Positions 8,496 through 19,441 of a DNA stretch of 64,000 nt are shown one piece after another. Origin of the DNA: Escherichia phage vb_EcoM_bov9_1; sequence record MT884006.2. One strand, 5' to 3'. Each line of letters opens with the position of its first letter. Positions within the stretch are counted from its first letter, which is position 1. The notes under the pieces are model-generated. The model searched no databases, was not told the origin of the DNA, and saw only the letters and a program-made list of their open reading frames with translations. Both the position numbers and the translations under genes were made by a program.

Positions 8496-9220
8496 TATAG
8501 TACCTTTAGTGTATTTTTAATTTTAGAAAAAAGTTCTTCAAGAGAACCATCGTTTGTAATTACTAAATCGCCATCACGAATTGGCAATCCAGCTTCTGTA
8601 ATATGTGTATCATTGGATTTTTGACCAGGACGAACTACATGAATTACTGTAGCACCCATCGCCCTAGCCGCATCCATTTCATGATCTTGACGAGTATCAG
8701 GAACGATATAATAATCATAACCTGAGTTAAATTTATCAAGATAATCTAAAGCAAATAATTTTACCCAGTACATGCGGTCGAAGTTATTAACAATCAAATC
8801 CGTACCTAGGGCTTGCATCAGACGACGGACTGACCATTGATCTTCAATATTATTTATAACGTCAATAATCTTGTTAAATGCTACGGAATTAACTGATTCT
8901 TGTCCTTCGTCATCAAAAACAAACACACCCTTAATTGGGCTTTTACCGTTAAGATAGCAAAATGCTTGTTCCATAATCGTGATTACTTCTGATTTAGTCA
9001 GATTTAAATTAGTCTCACGATCATAGTCAATTCCTTCAAACTCTTTACGAGTTAAGCAAGGATAGTCAGTGTTTTCTGCAAATACGCCCCATGCATAAGC
9101 CAATGCATCCTTAATAGGACCAGCAAGTTGGTATTTAACTGCAGAATAATTGCTCATGATAAAATCAGCAGTAGTATCTTTTCCACTACGCTTTACACCG
9201 CTTAAAAAGATTAGTTTCAT
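8495..9220 (-). CDS. 1: gp1 deoxynucleoside monophosphate kinase
   Basis: P-loop GVKRSGKDT near N-terminus; 241 aa from ATG at 9220 with GAGGAG SD (ORF track extends 13 codons further upstream). Confidence 0.85.
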
Positions 9221-9269
9221 GTGTTTCTCCTCAAATTTAATTAAGATTATAACACACAAAACTGAAGCA

Positions 9270-9800
9270 TTAAACTTCTGCTATAATTTTTCCATCTTTT
9301 TCTACTTGAAAATATGTGTAAGGAATCGTTGCAGTACATACTAAAGCCGGGTCTGAATCTTCTGTGTAGCTAAATTCTACTTCAGATAGGTCAGAAACCC
9401 AAGGCTTATAAAAATTTATTGACATCACGATTTCAGTTTTGCTATTATCTAAGATGTAAAGCGTAATGTACTCAGGACCTGTTTTTTGGGCAGTATTTTC
9501 ACCTGTAAGATAGTTGCTAGTTCCTAGCATCCATTCATACATTCCTATCCACGACTTAAGTTCTTCATCAACTATAAATCTCACAATGAGTGGATCATAC
9601 TCAAATGTAACACCTGGACGTTGTGCTCGGCCCAGTCCAAACGGCCCAGTCACGGTATCAGTAACAGGTATTCTAATTCCTGGAATAGGAACTGACTGAG
9701 CATTTAAAGTAAAAGCAGACGTAGTATTACTATGTGGTATTGATACTACAAAGTTAGTTGTATTTGCTTGGTTAAAAATTTGTTGCAGAGCTTGCGACAT
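9270..9800 (-). CDS. 3: gp3 tail completion / sheath stabiliser
   Basis: Conserved position between genes 1 and 2; 176 aa from internal ATG at 9800; ORF-track start at 9881 is probably an upstream extension. Confidence 0.7.
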   Translation of the reverse strand: MSQALQQIFNQANTTNFVVSIPHSNTTSAFTLNAQSVPIPGIRIPVTDTVTGPFGLGRAQRPGVTFEYDPLIVRFIVDEELKSWIGMYEWMLGTSNYLTGENTAQKTGPEYITLYILDNSKTEIVMSINFYKPWVSDLSEVEFSYTEDSDPALVCTATIPYTYFQVEKDGKIIAEV

Positions 9801-9906
9801 ATATTCCTCATAATGCTTTATAACTGTTGGTGGTATAATGGGTCTAAGTCCCTTCCATTCAATTCCATTTAGAACAAACAACAGAAAAGAATGGAAGATA
9901 ATAGAA

Positions 9907-10731
9907 TTAAATATTTGACCAGACTTTGTTTGCAGAGAAACGTTTTCCTTTTGAAACGAACTGCTGAAGTGGCATCAACACAACGTTCGCCCAGTCTTTC
10001 GGGGCGATTTCAACAAGGCTACCCATAATATTACCAGGTATATATGCCTTAATCATTTGGTCTGCACCCCTAAATCCTTTCACTTGACTCCAATCAATTT
10101 TTAATTTCGTTTTATTAGTAATAATAGGTGTATTTGCATATTGCTTTAAAAGCTCTTCTAGAAATTGCTGACGAGCTTTAGGTGGAATATAGTGCAAGTT
10201 TAATCCGTACATTAAATTATGCTTACCTAAACCAAGGTAAATTATCAAAGGAAATTTATCCCAGTAAGGAAGAGTTTCCTTGTGTTTAGCATCATAAGCA
10301 AAAGCATATATTCGTCCCGGCTGCGGGCGAACAACTTTATGTCCTTTTACTTGCTTAATAGTTTCAGCAAACCACTTTCTGGTTTTATTATTAATTGCTG
10401 CGCCTTCATTACGAATTTTATCACGCAATGTTTGTCTGAATGAATTTATCATAAGCAGTTGTCTTTCTTGCTTATTGAGTTTATTCATTGGTTTTGATTC
10501 AAGCTTTTGAATCTTTTCAGCCGTTTTAATTCCTGAAGCATATTTTGACATTGCCGAAGTAAACGTAGAGTATTTGATTCCTCTTTCTTCAGCAAATTGC
10601 TTTCCTGTCATTCCTTTTGCTTTGGCCTTTTTGTATTCAAGACCTATCTGAATCCATTTCTTTTCGTTTAATGATTGCTTAACCTTTGGAACTTGGGGAG
10701 TGCTTTCATTAATTATTTGAAAAATAGCCAT
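9907..10731 (-). CDS. 2: gp2 DNA end protector
   Basis: 274 aa basic protein in conserved position between genes 3 and 4. Confidence 0.8.
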   Translation of the reverse strand: MAIFQIINESTPQVPKVKQSLNEKKWIQIGLEYKKAKAKGMTGKQFAEERGIKYSTFTSAMSKYASGIKTAEKIQKLESKPMNKLNKQERQLLMINSFRQTLRDKIRNEGAAINNKTRKWFAETIKQVKGHKVVRPQPGRIYAFAYDAKHKETLPYWDKFPLIIYLGLGKHNLMYGLNLHYIPPKARQQFLEELLKQYANTPIITNKTKLKIDWSQVKGFRGADQMIKAYIPGNIMGSLVEIAPKDWANVVLMPLQQFVSKGKRFSANKVWSNI

Positions 10732-11183
10732 TATGCCCCCTTAAAGCCAAGAGCTCGTAATCCATCTTCTGTTAGAATTCTAAATTTTATTCCACGCTTT
10801 TCAGCTAAAGATTGTGCTGCTTTCCATTTGTCAGTATTAACAGAATATGTATAAATTTCATTCATAAATCTTTTCTTCGCTGCAGTTGTTAGATGTGCTG
10901 GTTTAACTGGTGGTTGTGTTTCTTTTTTAGGTTTTATTTCAATAAAAAATTCTTGTCCAGAAGAATCTTTCATCCAAATATCCATGAAGTATCTACGTTT
11001 TTTCCCTTCTGCATTACAAAAATAAGGAATTACTGCTGTTTCACTACCCCATGCAATAATTTCTGGATTTTTATCTAACCATTCAAAAAAGAATTTTTCC
11101 CAATTTGATCTATACGTAATTTTTTTAGGGTCACCTCTATACTTTGATATATTTTTAGGAACCCATTTTCCAGAATATGCCAT
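10731..11183 (-). CDS. 4: gp4 head completion protein
   Basis: 150 aa ORF divergent from gene 53, with its own late promoter. Confidence 0.8.
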   Translation of the reverse strand: MAYSGKWVPKNISKYRGDPKKITYRSNWEKFFFEWLDKNPEIIAWGSETAVIPYFCNAEGKKRRYFMDIWMKDSSGQEFFIEIKPKKETQPPVKPAHLTTAAKKRFMNEIYTYSVNTDKWKAAQSLAEKRGIKFRILTEDGLRALGFKGA

Positions 11184-11194
11184 TGGATTCTCCT

Positions 11195-11202
11195 TATAAA
11201 TA
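11195..11202 (+). promoter_or_regulatory. Late promoter TATAAATA for gene 53
   Basis: Exact TATAAATA 29 nt upstream of ATG at 11231. Confidence 0.7.
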
Positions 11203-11209
11203 GATAATA

Positions 11210-11217
11210 TATTTATA
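11210..11217 (-). promoter_or_regulatory. Late promoter TATAAATA (minus strand) for gene 4
   Basis: Plus strand TATTTATA equals minus TATAAATA, 27 nt upstream of ATG at 11183; divergent from the gene 53 promoter. Confidence 0.65.
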
Positions 11218-11230
11218 AACAGGAGGGCCC

Positions 11231-11821
11231 ATGCTCTTTACATTTTTTGATCCGATTGAATATGCGGCCAAAACGGTGAATAAAAACGCGCCGACTATTC
11301 CTATGACAGATATTTTTAGAAACTATAAAGACTATTTTAAACGTGCTCTTGCGGGATACCGCTTACGTACTTATTATATTAAAGGTTCACCTCGTCCCGA
11401 AGAATTAGCAAATACTATATATGGAAATCCACAGTTGTATTGGGTTTTATTGATGTGTAATGATAATTATGACCCGTATTATGGATGGATTACTTCGCAA
11501 GAAGCTGCTTATCAAGCATCTATACAAAAATACAAAAATGTAGGTGGAGACCAAATAGTATATCATGTAAATGAGAATGGTGAAAAATTTTATAATTTAA
11601 TATCATACGATGATAATCCATATGTTTGGTATGATAAAGGCGATAAAGCTAGAAAATATCCTCAATACGAAGGAGCACTTGCTGCGGTCGATACGTATGA
11701 AGCTGCTGTTCTTGAAAATGAAAAACTTCGTCAAATAAAAATAATAGCAAAATCAGACATTAATTCATTTATGAACGACCTTATACGTATAATGGAGAAA
11801 TCTTATGGAAATGATAAGTAA
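11231..11821 (+). CDS. 53: gp53 baseplate wedge protein
   Basis: 196 aa ORF in conserved position immediately before gene 5. Confidence 0.85.
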   Translation: MLFTFFDPIEYAAKTVNKNAPTIPMTDIFRNYKDYFKRALAGYRLRTYYIKGSPRPEELANTIYGNPQLYWVLLMCNDNYDPYYGWITSQEAAYQASIQKYKNVGGDQIVYHVNENGEKFYNLISYDDNPYVWYDKGDKARKYPQYEGALAAVDTYEAAVLENEKLRQIKIIAKSDINSFMNDLIRIMEKSYGNDK

Positions 11822-13532
11822 TAACCTTAATTGGTTTGTTGGTGTTGTTGAAGATAGAATGGACCCATTAAAATTAGGTCGTGTTCGTGTTCGTGTTGTT
11901 GGTCTGCATCCACCTCAAAGAGCACAAGGTGATGTAATGGGTATTCCAACTGAAAAATTACCATGGATGTCAGTTATTCAACCTATAACTTCTGCAGCAA
12001 TGTCTGGAATTGGAGGCTCCGTTACTGGACCGGTAGAAGGAACTAGAGTTTATGGTCATTTTTTAGACAAATGGAAAACTAACGGAATTGTCCTTGGCAC
12101 GTATGGTGGAATAGTTCGCGAAAAACCGAATAGACTTGAAGGATTTTCTGACCCAACCGGGCAGTATCCTAGACGTTTAGGAAATGATACTAACGTACTA
12201 AACCAAGGCGGAGAAGTAGGATATGATTCCTCTTCTAACGTTATTCAAGATAGTAATCTAGACACCGCAATAAATCCCGATGATAGACCACTATCAGAGA
12301 TTCCAACCGATGATAATCCAAATATGTCAATGGCTGAAATGCTTCGCCGTGATGAAGGATTAAGACTAAAAGTTTATTGGGATACTGAAGGATATCCGAC
12401 AATTGGTATTGGTCATCTTATCATGAAGCAGCCAGTTCGTGATATGGTTCAAATTAATAAAGTTTTATCAAAACAAGTTGGTCGTGAAATTACTGGAAAC
12501 CCAGGTTCTATTACAATGGAAGAGGCGACAGCTTTATTTGAGCGTGATTTGGCTGATATGCAACGTGACATTAAATCACATTCTAAAGTAGGACCAGTCT
12601 GGAAAGCTGTCAACCGTTCTCGTCAAATGGCATTAGAAAATATGGCATTTCAAATGGGTGTTGGCGGTGTAGCTAAATTTAACACAATGTTAACTGCTAT
12701 GCTAGCCGGAGATTGGGAAAAAGCATATAAAGCCGGTCGTGATTCATTGTGGTATCAACAAACAAAAGGCCGTGCATCCCGTGTTACCATGATTATTCTT
12801 ACGGGGAATTTGGAATCATATGGTGTTGAAGTGAAAACCCCAGCTAGGTCTCTATCAGCAATGGCTGCTACTGTAGCGAAGTCTTCTGACCCTGCTGACC
12901 CTCCTATTCCAAATGACTCGAGAATTTTATTCAAAGAACCAGTTTCTTCATATAAAGGCGAATATCCTTATGTGCACACAATGGAAACTGAAAGCGGACA
13001 TATTCAGGAATTTGATGATACCCCTGGGCAAGAACGATACAGATTAGTTCATCCAACTGGAACTTATGAAGAAGTATCACCGTCAGGAAGAAGAACAAGA
13101 AAAACTGTTGATAATTTGTATGATATAACAAATGCTGATGGTAATTTTTTGGTAGCCGGCGATAAAAAGACTAACGTCGGTGGATCAGAAATTTATTACA
13201 ACATGGATAATCGTCTTCACCAAATAGATGGAAGCAATACGATATTTGTTCGAGGCGATGAAACTAAGACGGTTGAAGGTAATGGAACTATCCTAGTTAA
13301 AGGTAATGTTACTATTGTAGTTGAAGGTAATGCTGACATTACAGTTAAAGGAGATGCTACCACTTTAGTTGAAGGAAATCAGACTAATACAGTAAATGGA
13401 AATCTTTCTTGGAAAGTTGCTGGGACAGTTGATTGGGACGTTGGTGGTGATTGGACAGAAAAAATGGCATCTATGAGTTCTATTTCATCTGGTCAATACA
13501 CAATTGATGGATCGAGGATTGACATTGGCTAA
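11805..13532 (+). CDS. 5: gp5 baseplate central spike with lysozyme domain
   Basis: 575 aa; N-terminal OB domain, central T4-lysozyme-like domain (EGLRLKVYWDTEGYPTIGIGHL), C-terminal VxGxxxxxV beta-helix repeats. Confidence 0.95.
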   Translation: MEMISNNLNWFVGVVEDRMDPLKLGRVRVRVVGLHPPQRAQGDVMGIPTEKLPWMSVIQPITSAAMSGIGGSVTGPVEGTRVYGHFLDKWKTNGIVLGTYGGIVREKPNRLEGFSDPTGQYPRRLGNDTNVLNQGGEVGYDSSSNVIQDSNLDTAINPDDRPLSEIPTDDNPNMSMAEMLRRDEGLRLKVYWDTEGYPTIGIGHLIMKQPVRDMVQINKVLSKQVGREITGNPGSITMEEATALFERDLADMQRDIKSHSKVGPVWKAVNRSRQMALENMAFQMGVGGVAKFNTMLTAMLAGDWEKAYKAGRDSLWYQQTKGRASRVTMIILTGNLESYGVEVKTPARSLSAMAATVAKSSDPADPPIPNDSRILFKEPVSSYKGEYPYVHTMETESGHIQEFDDTPGQERYRLVHPTGTYEEVSPSGRRTRKTVDNLYDITNADGNFLVAGDKKTNVGGSEIYYNMDNRLHQIDGSNTIFVRGDETKTVEGNGTILVKGNVTIVVEGNADITVKGDATTLVEGNQTNTVNGNLSWKVAGTVDWDVGGDWTEKMASMSSISSGQYTIDGSRIDIG

Positions 13533-14061
13533 TATACTTCCAATGAGCGCTGATTTAGGAGAATCCATGGAAGGTTCTTCTATCGACGTCACCTTTACCG
13601 CTCAATTAGAAACAGGTGAAACGTTAGTATCTATAAATATAACTAGTTACGAAGAAACTCCTGGGGTTTTAGTAGAAGAAAATCGCTTATATGGAACATA
13701 TGAATCTGTATTTGGTTTCGGAAATGACGCGTTGAAATATCGTTTAGGCGATGAATTTAAAACTGCTGCTTCATGGGAAGAACTTCCTACTGATTCTGAT
13801 ACTCAGTTGTATTTGTGGAAAGCTCCTCAAAATCTCCAGAAGACATTCACTTACGAAGTAACATTAATATATGACTACCAAGAACAAAGTGAATCTGGAG
13901 GTTCTGGTAGTAATTCTAGGTCATCTTCTGATACTACTGAACCGACAGATCCTCCTGCTCCAGTAAGAAAAACTCTCGTTAAAAATTATACTAAAACTAT
14001 AGTTGGAAATTGGAGTCGTTGGGCTAATAAATTGAGAAGCTATGTGTATGAGAGGCCATAA
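13504..14061 (+). CDS. 5.1: gp5.1-like hypothetical protein
   Basis: 185 aa ORF overlapping the gene 5 stop; start uncertain (candidates at 13504 and 13543). Confidence 0.6.
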
Positions 14062-14355
14062 ATGTCAGGATTAAGTTATGATAAGTGTGTCACTGCTGGC
14101 CATGAAGCGTGGCCTCCAACAGTTGTGAATGCTACACAAAGTAAAGTATTCACTGGAGGAATTGCTGTTCTAGTAGCAGGCGATCCAATTACAGAACATA
14201 CAGAAATTAAAAAGCCATATGAAACACATGGCGGAGTGACACAACCCAGAACTTCTAAGGTATATGTCACTGGAAAGAAAGCTGTTCAAATGGCTGATCC
14301 AATATCATGCGGTGATACTGTGGCTCAGGCATCATCTAAAGTATTCATTAAATAG
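14062..14355 (+). CDS. 5.4: gp5.4 PAAR-repeat spike tip protein
   Basis: 97 aa, Gly/Val-rich beta-rich sequence matching T4 gp5.4. Confidence 0.8.
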
Positions 14356-14363
14356 GATTTAAA

Positions 14364-16346
14364 ATGGCAAATACCCCTGTAAATTATCAATTAACAAGAA
14401 CAGCAAATGCTATTCCCGAGATATTCGTCGGGGGTACGTTTGCTGAAATAAAACAAAACCTCATTGAATGGCTTAATGGCCAAAATGAATTTTTGGATTA
14501 TGATTTTGAAGGCTCAAGATTAAACGTTCTGTGTGACCTTTTGGCTTATAATACGCTGTACATTCAACAGTTTGGTAATGCTGCTGTGTATGAAAGCTTT
14601 ATGCGTACTGCTAACTTACGAAGTTCAGTTGTTCAAGCTGCACAAGATAACGGATATTTACCTACTTCAAAATCCGCTGCGCAGACCGAAATTATGTTAA
14701 CATGCACTGACGCATTGAATAGGAATTACATTACTATTCCTCGCGGAACTCGCTTTTTAGCATATGCAAAAGATACTTCTGTTAATCCATATAACTTCGT
14801 TTCTACCGAAGACGTTATTGCTATTCGTGATAAAAATAACCAATATTTTCCGCGTTTAAAATTGGCCCAGGGACGTATAGTAAGAACTGAAATCATTTAT
14901 GATAAATTAACACCTATTATCATTTATGATAAAAATATTGATAGAAACCAGGTTAAATTATATGTTGATGGAGCGGAATGGATTAACTGGACAAGAAAGT
15001 CAATGGTTCATGCTGGTTCAACATCAACGATTTACTATATGCGTGAAACTATTGATGGAAACACTGAATTCTATTTTGGTGAAGGTGAAATTTCTGTTAA
15101 TGCTTCTGAAGGAGCTTTGACCGCTAATTATATCGGAGGTCTTAAACCTACTCAGAACTCTACGATTGTCATTGAGTACATCAGTACTAATGGCGCTGAC
15201 GCAAACGGAGCAGTCGGATTTTCATACGCAGATACATTAACAAATATAACTGTCATCAATATTAATGAAAATCCAAACGATGACCCAGATTTTGTTGGGG
15301 CAGATGGTGGCGGTGATCCAGAAGATATTGAGCGTATTCGCGAATTGGGTACTATTAAACGCGAAACCCAGCAACGATGCGTAACTGCGACTGACTACGA
15401 TACATTCGTTTCAGAGAGATTCGGTTCTATTATTCAGGCAGTTCAAACTTTCACTGATTCTACTAAACCTGGGTATGCATTTATTGCTGCTAAACCTAAA
15501 TCAGGTCTGTATTTAACTACTGTACAACGTGAAGATATTAAAAATTATCTCAAAGACTATAATTTAGCTCCTATTACGCCATCAATTATTTCTCCTAATT
15601 ATCTTTTTATTAAGACTAATTTAAAAGTCACATATGCTTTAAATAAACTGCAAGAATCCGAGCAGTGGCTTGAAGGTCAAATAATTGATAAAATTGATCG
15701 CTATTATACCGAAGATGTAGAAATTTTTAACTCGTCTTTCGCTAAATCTAAGATGTTAACTTATGTAGATGATGCAGATCATTCTGTCATTGGTTCATCA
15801 GCGACTATTCAAATGGTTCGTGAAGTACAAAACTTCTATAAAACGCCTGAAGCAGGTATTAAATACAATAATCAAATAAAAGATCGTTCTATGGAATCTA
15901 ATACGTTTTCATTTAATTCTGGACGAAAGGTTGTAAATCCTGATACTGGTTTAGAAGAAGATGTATTATATGACGTTCGCATAGTATCAACAGACCGAGA
16001 TTCTAAAGGAATTGGTAAAGTTATTATTGGTCCATTTGCTTCTGGCGATGTTACAGAAAATGAAAACATTCAGCCGTATACAGGCAACGATTTTAACAAA
16101 TTAGCAAATTCTGATGGACGCGACAAATACTATGTTATCGGTGAAATAAATTATCCAGCTGACATGATTTATTGGAATATCGCTAAAATTAATTTAACAT
16201 CTGAAAAATTTGAAGTTCAGACTATTGAATTATATTCTGACCCAACTGATGATGTTATCTTTACTCGCGATGGTTCACTGATTGTATTTGAAAATGACTT
16301 ACGTCCACAATACTTAACTATCGATTTGGAGCCTATATCACAATGA
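14364..16346 (+). CDS. 6: gp6 baseplate wedge protein
   Basis: 660 aa ORF in conserved order. Confidence 0.9.
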   Translation: MANTPVNYQLTRTANAIPEIFVGGTFAEIKQNLIEWLNGQNEFLDYDFEGSRLNVLCDLLAYNTLYIQQFGNAAVYESFMRTANLRSSVVQAAQDNGYLPTSKSAAQTEIMLTCTDALNRNYITIPRGTRFLAYAKDTSVNPYNFVSTEDVIAIRDKNNQYFPRLKLAQGRIVRTEIIYDKLTPIIIYDKNIDRNQVKLYVDGAEWINWTRKSMVHAGSTSTIYYMRETIDGNTEFYFGEGEISVNASEGALTANYIGGLKPTQNSTIVIEYISTNGADANGAVGFSYADTLTNITVININENPNDDPDFVGADGGGDPEDIERIRELGTIKRETQQRCVTATDYDTFVSERFGSIIQAVQTFTDSTKPGYAFIAAKPKSGLYLTTVQREDIKNYLKDYNLAPITPSIISPNYLFIKTNLKVTYALNKLQESEQWLEGQIIDKIDRYYTEDVEIFNSSFAKSKMLTYVDDADHSVIGSSATIQMVREVQNFYKTPEAGIKYNNQIKDRSMESNTFSFNSGRKVVNPDTGLEEDVLYDVRIVSTDRDSKGIGKVIIGPFASGDVTENENIQPYTGNDFNKLANSDGRDKYYVIGEINYPADMIYWNIAKINLTSEKFEVQTIELYSDPTDDVIFTRDGSLIVFENDLRPQYLTIDLEPISQ

Positions 16347-19300
16347 CAGTAAAAGCACCTTCAGTCACTAGTCTCAGAATTTCCAAGTTATCCGCAAATC
16401 AGGTGCAAGTACGCTGGGATGACGTTGGTGCTAATTTCTACTATTTTGTAGAAATCGCTGAGACAAAAACAAACTCGGGGGAAAATCTCCCGAGTAATCA
16501 ATACAGATGGATTAACTTAGGATATACTGCAAATAACAGCTTCTTTTTTGATGATGCTGATCCACTAACATCATACATCATTAGAGTAGCTACGGCGGCG
16601 CAAGATTTTGAGCAGTCTGATTGGGTTTATACAGAAGAGTTTGAAACTTTTGCTACGAATGCTTATACATTTCAAAACATGATTGAAATGCAATTAGCCA
16701 ATAAATTCATTCAGGAAAAATTTACTCTTAATAATTCTGATTATGTTAATTTTAATAATGATACTATAATGGCTGCATTGATGAATGAATCGTTCCAATT
16801 CAGCCCATCATATGTTGATGTTTCATCAATCAGTAATTTTATTATTGGTGAAAATGAGTATCATGAAATACAAGGTTCCATTCAGCAAGTATGTAAGGAT
16901 ATTAACCGAGTTTATTTGATGGAATCAGAAGGGATTCTATATCTTTTTGAGCGCTATCAATCCGTAGTTAAAGTATCTAATGATAAAGGACAAACCTGGA
17001 AAGCTGTAAAGCTCTTCAATGACCGTGTAGGATATCCTTTATCTAAGACAGTATATTACCAATCTGCAAACACGACATACGTTCTAGGATACGACAAGAT
17101 TTTCTACGGCCGCAAATCTACTGATGTTAGATGGTCAGCTGATGATGTCAGATTTAGTTCACAGGATATAACATTTGCTAAACTTGGTGACCAATTGCAT
17201 CTAGGATTTGATGTAGAAATTTTTGCCACTTATGCGACTTTACCAGCTAATGTATACCGCATTGCAGAAGCTATTACTTGCACCGATGATTACATTTACG
17301 TTGTCGCCAGAGACAAAGTTAGATACATAAAAACGAGTAATGCACCTATAGATTCTGATCCATTATCTCCGACATATTCGGAAAGACTTTTTGAACCTGA
17401 TACAATGACTATAACTGGAAATCCTAAAGCAGTATGCTATAAAATGGATTCTATCGGTGATAAAGTTTTTGCTCTTATTATTGGAGAAGTTGAAACATTA
17501 AATGCCAATCCGAGAACATCAAAAATAATTGATTCTGTTGATAAAGGAATATATGTTTTAAATCATGATGAAAAAACATGGAAAAGAGTTTTCGGTAATA
17601 CCGAAGAAGAAAGAAGACGTATTCAACCCGGATATGCGAATATGTCAACTGACGGTAAATTAGTTTCTCTGTCTTCGAGTAATTTTAAATTTTTAAGTGA
17701 TAATGTTGTTAATGACCCTGAAACTGCAGCAAAATATCAGTTAATTGGCGCTGTTAAATATGAATTTCCTCGTGAATGGTTAGCTGATAAGCATTATCAT
17801 ATGATGGCATTTATAGCGGATGAAACATCTGATTGGGAGACTTTTACTCCTCAACCAATGAAATACTACGCAGAACCGTTCTTTAACTGGTCTAAAAAAT
17901 CTAACACACGTTGTTGGATAAACAACTCTGATAGAGCTGTAGTAGTTTATGCTGATTTAAAATACACTAAAGTTATAGAAAATATTCCGGAAACATCACC
18001 AGATAGATTAGTTCATGAATACTGGGATGATGGTGATTGCACTATAGTAATGCCAAATGTTAAATTCACTGGATTTAAAAAATATGCGTCTGGGATGCTT
18101 TTCTATAAAGCCTCCGGTGAAATAATTTCTTACTATGATTTTAACTATCGTGTGAGAGATACAGTAGAAATTATTTGGAAGCCAACTGAAGTATTTTTAA
18201 AAGCATTTTTACAAAACCAAGAGCACGAGACTCCTTGGTCACCAGAAGAAGAGCGTGGATTAGCTGACCCCGATTTAAGACCATTAATTGGCACAATGAT
18301 GCCTGATTCTTATTTGTTACAGGATTCGAATTTTGAAGCATTTTGCGAAGCATATATTCAATATCTTTCTGACGGATATGGAACTCAGTATAACAATTTA
18401 CGAAATTTAATTCGTAACCAATATCCGCGAGAAGAGCATGCGTGGGAATATTTATGGTCAGAAATATATAAAAGAAACATTTATTTAAATGCTGACAAAC
18501 GCGATGCTGTTGCAAGATTTTTTGAATCACGTAGCTATGATTTTTATTCTACTAAAGGAATTGAAGCATCATATAAATTTCTTTTTAAAGTTCTTTATAA
18601 TGAAGAAGTTGAAATTGAAATTGAATCGGGAGCGGGTACTGAATATGATGTAATCATTCAATCTGATTCTCTTACAGAAGATTTAGTAGGACAAACGATT
18701 TATACAGCTACAGGAAGATGTAATGTTACTTATATAGAAAGAAGCTATTCTAATGGTAAATTGCAATGGACCGTGACTATACATAATCTTTTGGGGCGTT
18801 TAATAGCAGGGCAAGAAGTTAAAGCAGAAAGACTTCCAGGTTTTGAAGGCGAAATTATTCGTGGGGTTAAAGGAAAGGATTTGCTTCAAAATAATATAGA
18901 CTATATTAATCGAAGTCGATCATATTATGTAATGAAAATTAAATCCAAATTACCTTCTTCTCGTTGGAAATCTGACGTTATTCGTTTTGTTCATCCAGTA
19001 GGATTTGGATTTATAGCAATTACACTTTTAACGATGTTTATTAATGTTGGTTTAACTCTTAAACACACAGAGACTATAATTAATAAATACAAAAACTATA
19101 AATGGGATTCTGGATTGCCTACTGAATATGCTGATAGAGTAGCTAAATTGACTCCAACTGGTGAAATTGAGCATGATTCGGTAACAGGCGAAGCAATTTA
19201 TGAGCCTGGCCCAATGGCTGGTGTAGAATATCCTCTTCCTGATGACTATAATGCTGAAAATAACAATTCAATATTTCAAGGTCAATTGCCGTCTGAACGA

Positions 19301-19441
19301 CGTAAATTAATGAGTCCTTTATTTGATGCATCTGGAACAACATTTGCGCAATTTAGAGATTTAGTTAATAAACGTCTAAAAGACAATATAGGAAATCCAA
19401 GAGACCCTGAAAATCCAACACAGGTTAAAATAGATGAATGA
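16343..19441 (+). CDS. 7: gp7 baseplate wedge initiator
   Basis: 1032 aa ORF in conserved order. Confidence 0.9.
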   Translation: MTVKAPSVTSLRISKLSANQVQVRWDDVGANFYYFVEIAETKTNSGENLPSNQYRWINLGYTANNSFFFDDADPLTSYIIRVATAAQDFEQSDWVYTEEFETFATNAYTFQNMIEMQLANKFIQEKFTLNNSDYVNFNNDTIMAALMNESFQFSPSYVDVSSISNFIIGENEYHEIQGSIQQVCKDINRVYLMESEGILYLFERYQSVVKVSNDKGQTWKAVKLFNDRVGYPLSKTVYYQSANTTYVLGYDKIFYGRKSTDVRWSADDVRFSSQDITFAKLGDQLHLGFDVEIFATYATLPANVYRIAEAITCTDDYIYVVARDKVRYIKTSNAPIDSDPLSPTYSERLFEPDTMTITGNPKAVCYKMDSIGDKVFALIIGEVETLNANPRTSKIIDSVDKGIYVLNHDEKTWKRVFGNTEEERRRIQPGYANMSTDGKLVSLSSSNFKFLSDNVVNDPETAAKYQLIGAVKYEFPREWLADKHYHMMAFIADETSDWETFTPQPMKYYAEPFFNWSKKSNTRCWINNSDRAVVVYADLKYTKVIENIPETSPDRLVHEYWDDGDCTIVMPNVKFTGFKKYASGMLFYKASGEIISYYDFNYRVRDTVEIIWKPTEVFLKAFLQNQEHETPWSPEEERGLADPDLRPLIGTMMPDSYLLQDSNFEAFCEAYIQYLSDGYGTQYNNLRNLIRNQYPREEHAWEYLWSEIYKRNIYLNADKRDAVARFFESRSYDFYSTKGIEASYKFLFKVLYNEEVEIEIESGAGTEYDVIIQSDSLTEDLVGQTIYTATGRCNVTYIERSYSNGKLQWTVTIHNLLGRLIAGQEVKAERLPGFEGEIIRGVKGKDLLQNNIDYINRSRSYYVMKIKSKLPSSRWKSDVIRFVHPVGFGFIAITLLTMFINVGLTLKHTETIINKYKNYKWDSGLPTEYADRVAKLTPTGEIEHDSVTGEAIYEPGPMAGVEYPLPDDYNAENNNSIFQGQLPSERRKLMSPLFDASGTTFAQFRDLVNKRLKDNIGNPRDPENPTQVKIDE

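Noticed and set aside
9221-9259. Longer ORF-track start for gene 1 (254 aa)
   Set aside because: The ATG at 9220 is preceded by GAGGAG and gives the 241 aa kinase with the P-loop near the N-terminus; the upstream extension has no SD.
9801-9881. Longer ORF-track start for gene 3 (203 aa)
   Set aside because: The internal ATG at 9800 gives a 176 aa product consistent with the T4 homologue; kept as the call, but with moderate confidence because the SD spacing is short.
12931-13131. 66 aa minus-strand ORF inside gene 5, and similar short antisense ORFs inside genes 6, 7, 8, 10, 12, wac, 17, 20, 23, 24, 29, 48, uvsW and alt
   Set aside because: All are embedded antisense in long, well-supported structural genes and lack ribosome-binding sites or promoters; treated as chance ORFs in AT-rich DNA.
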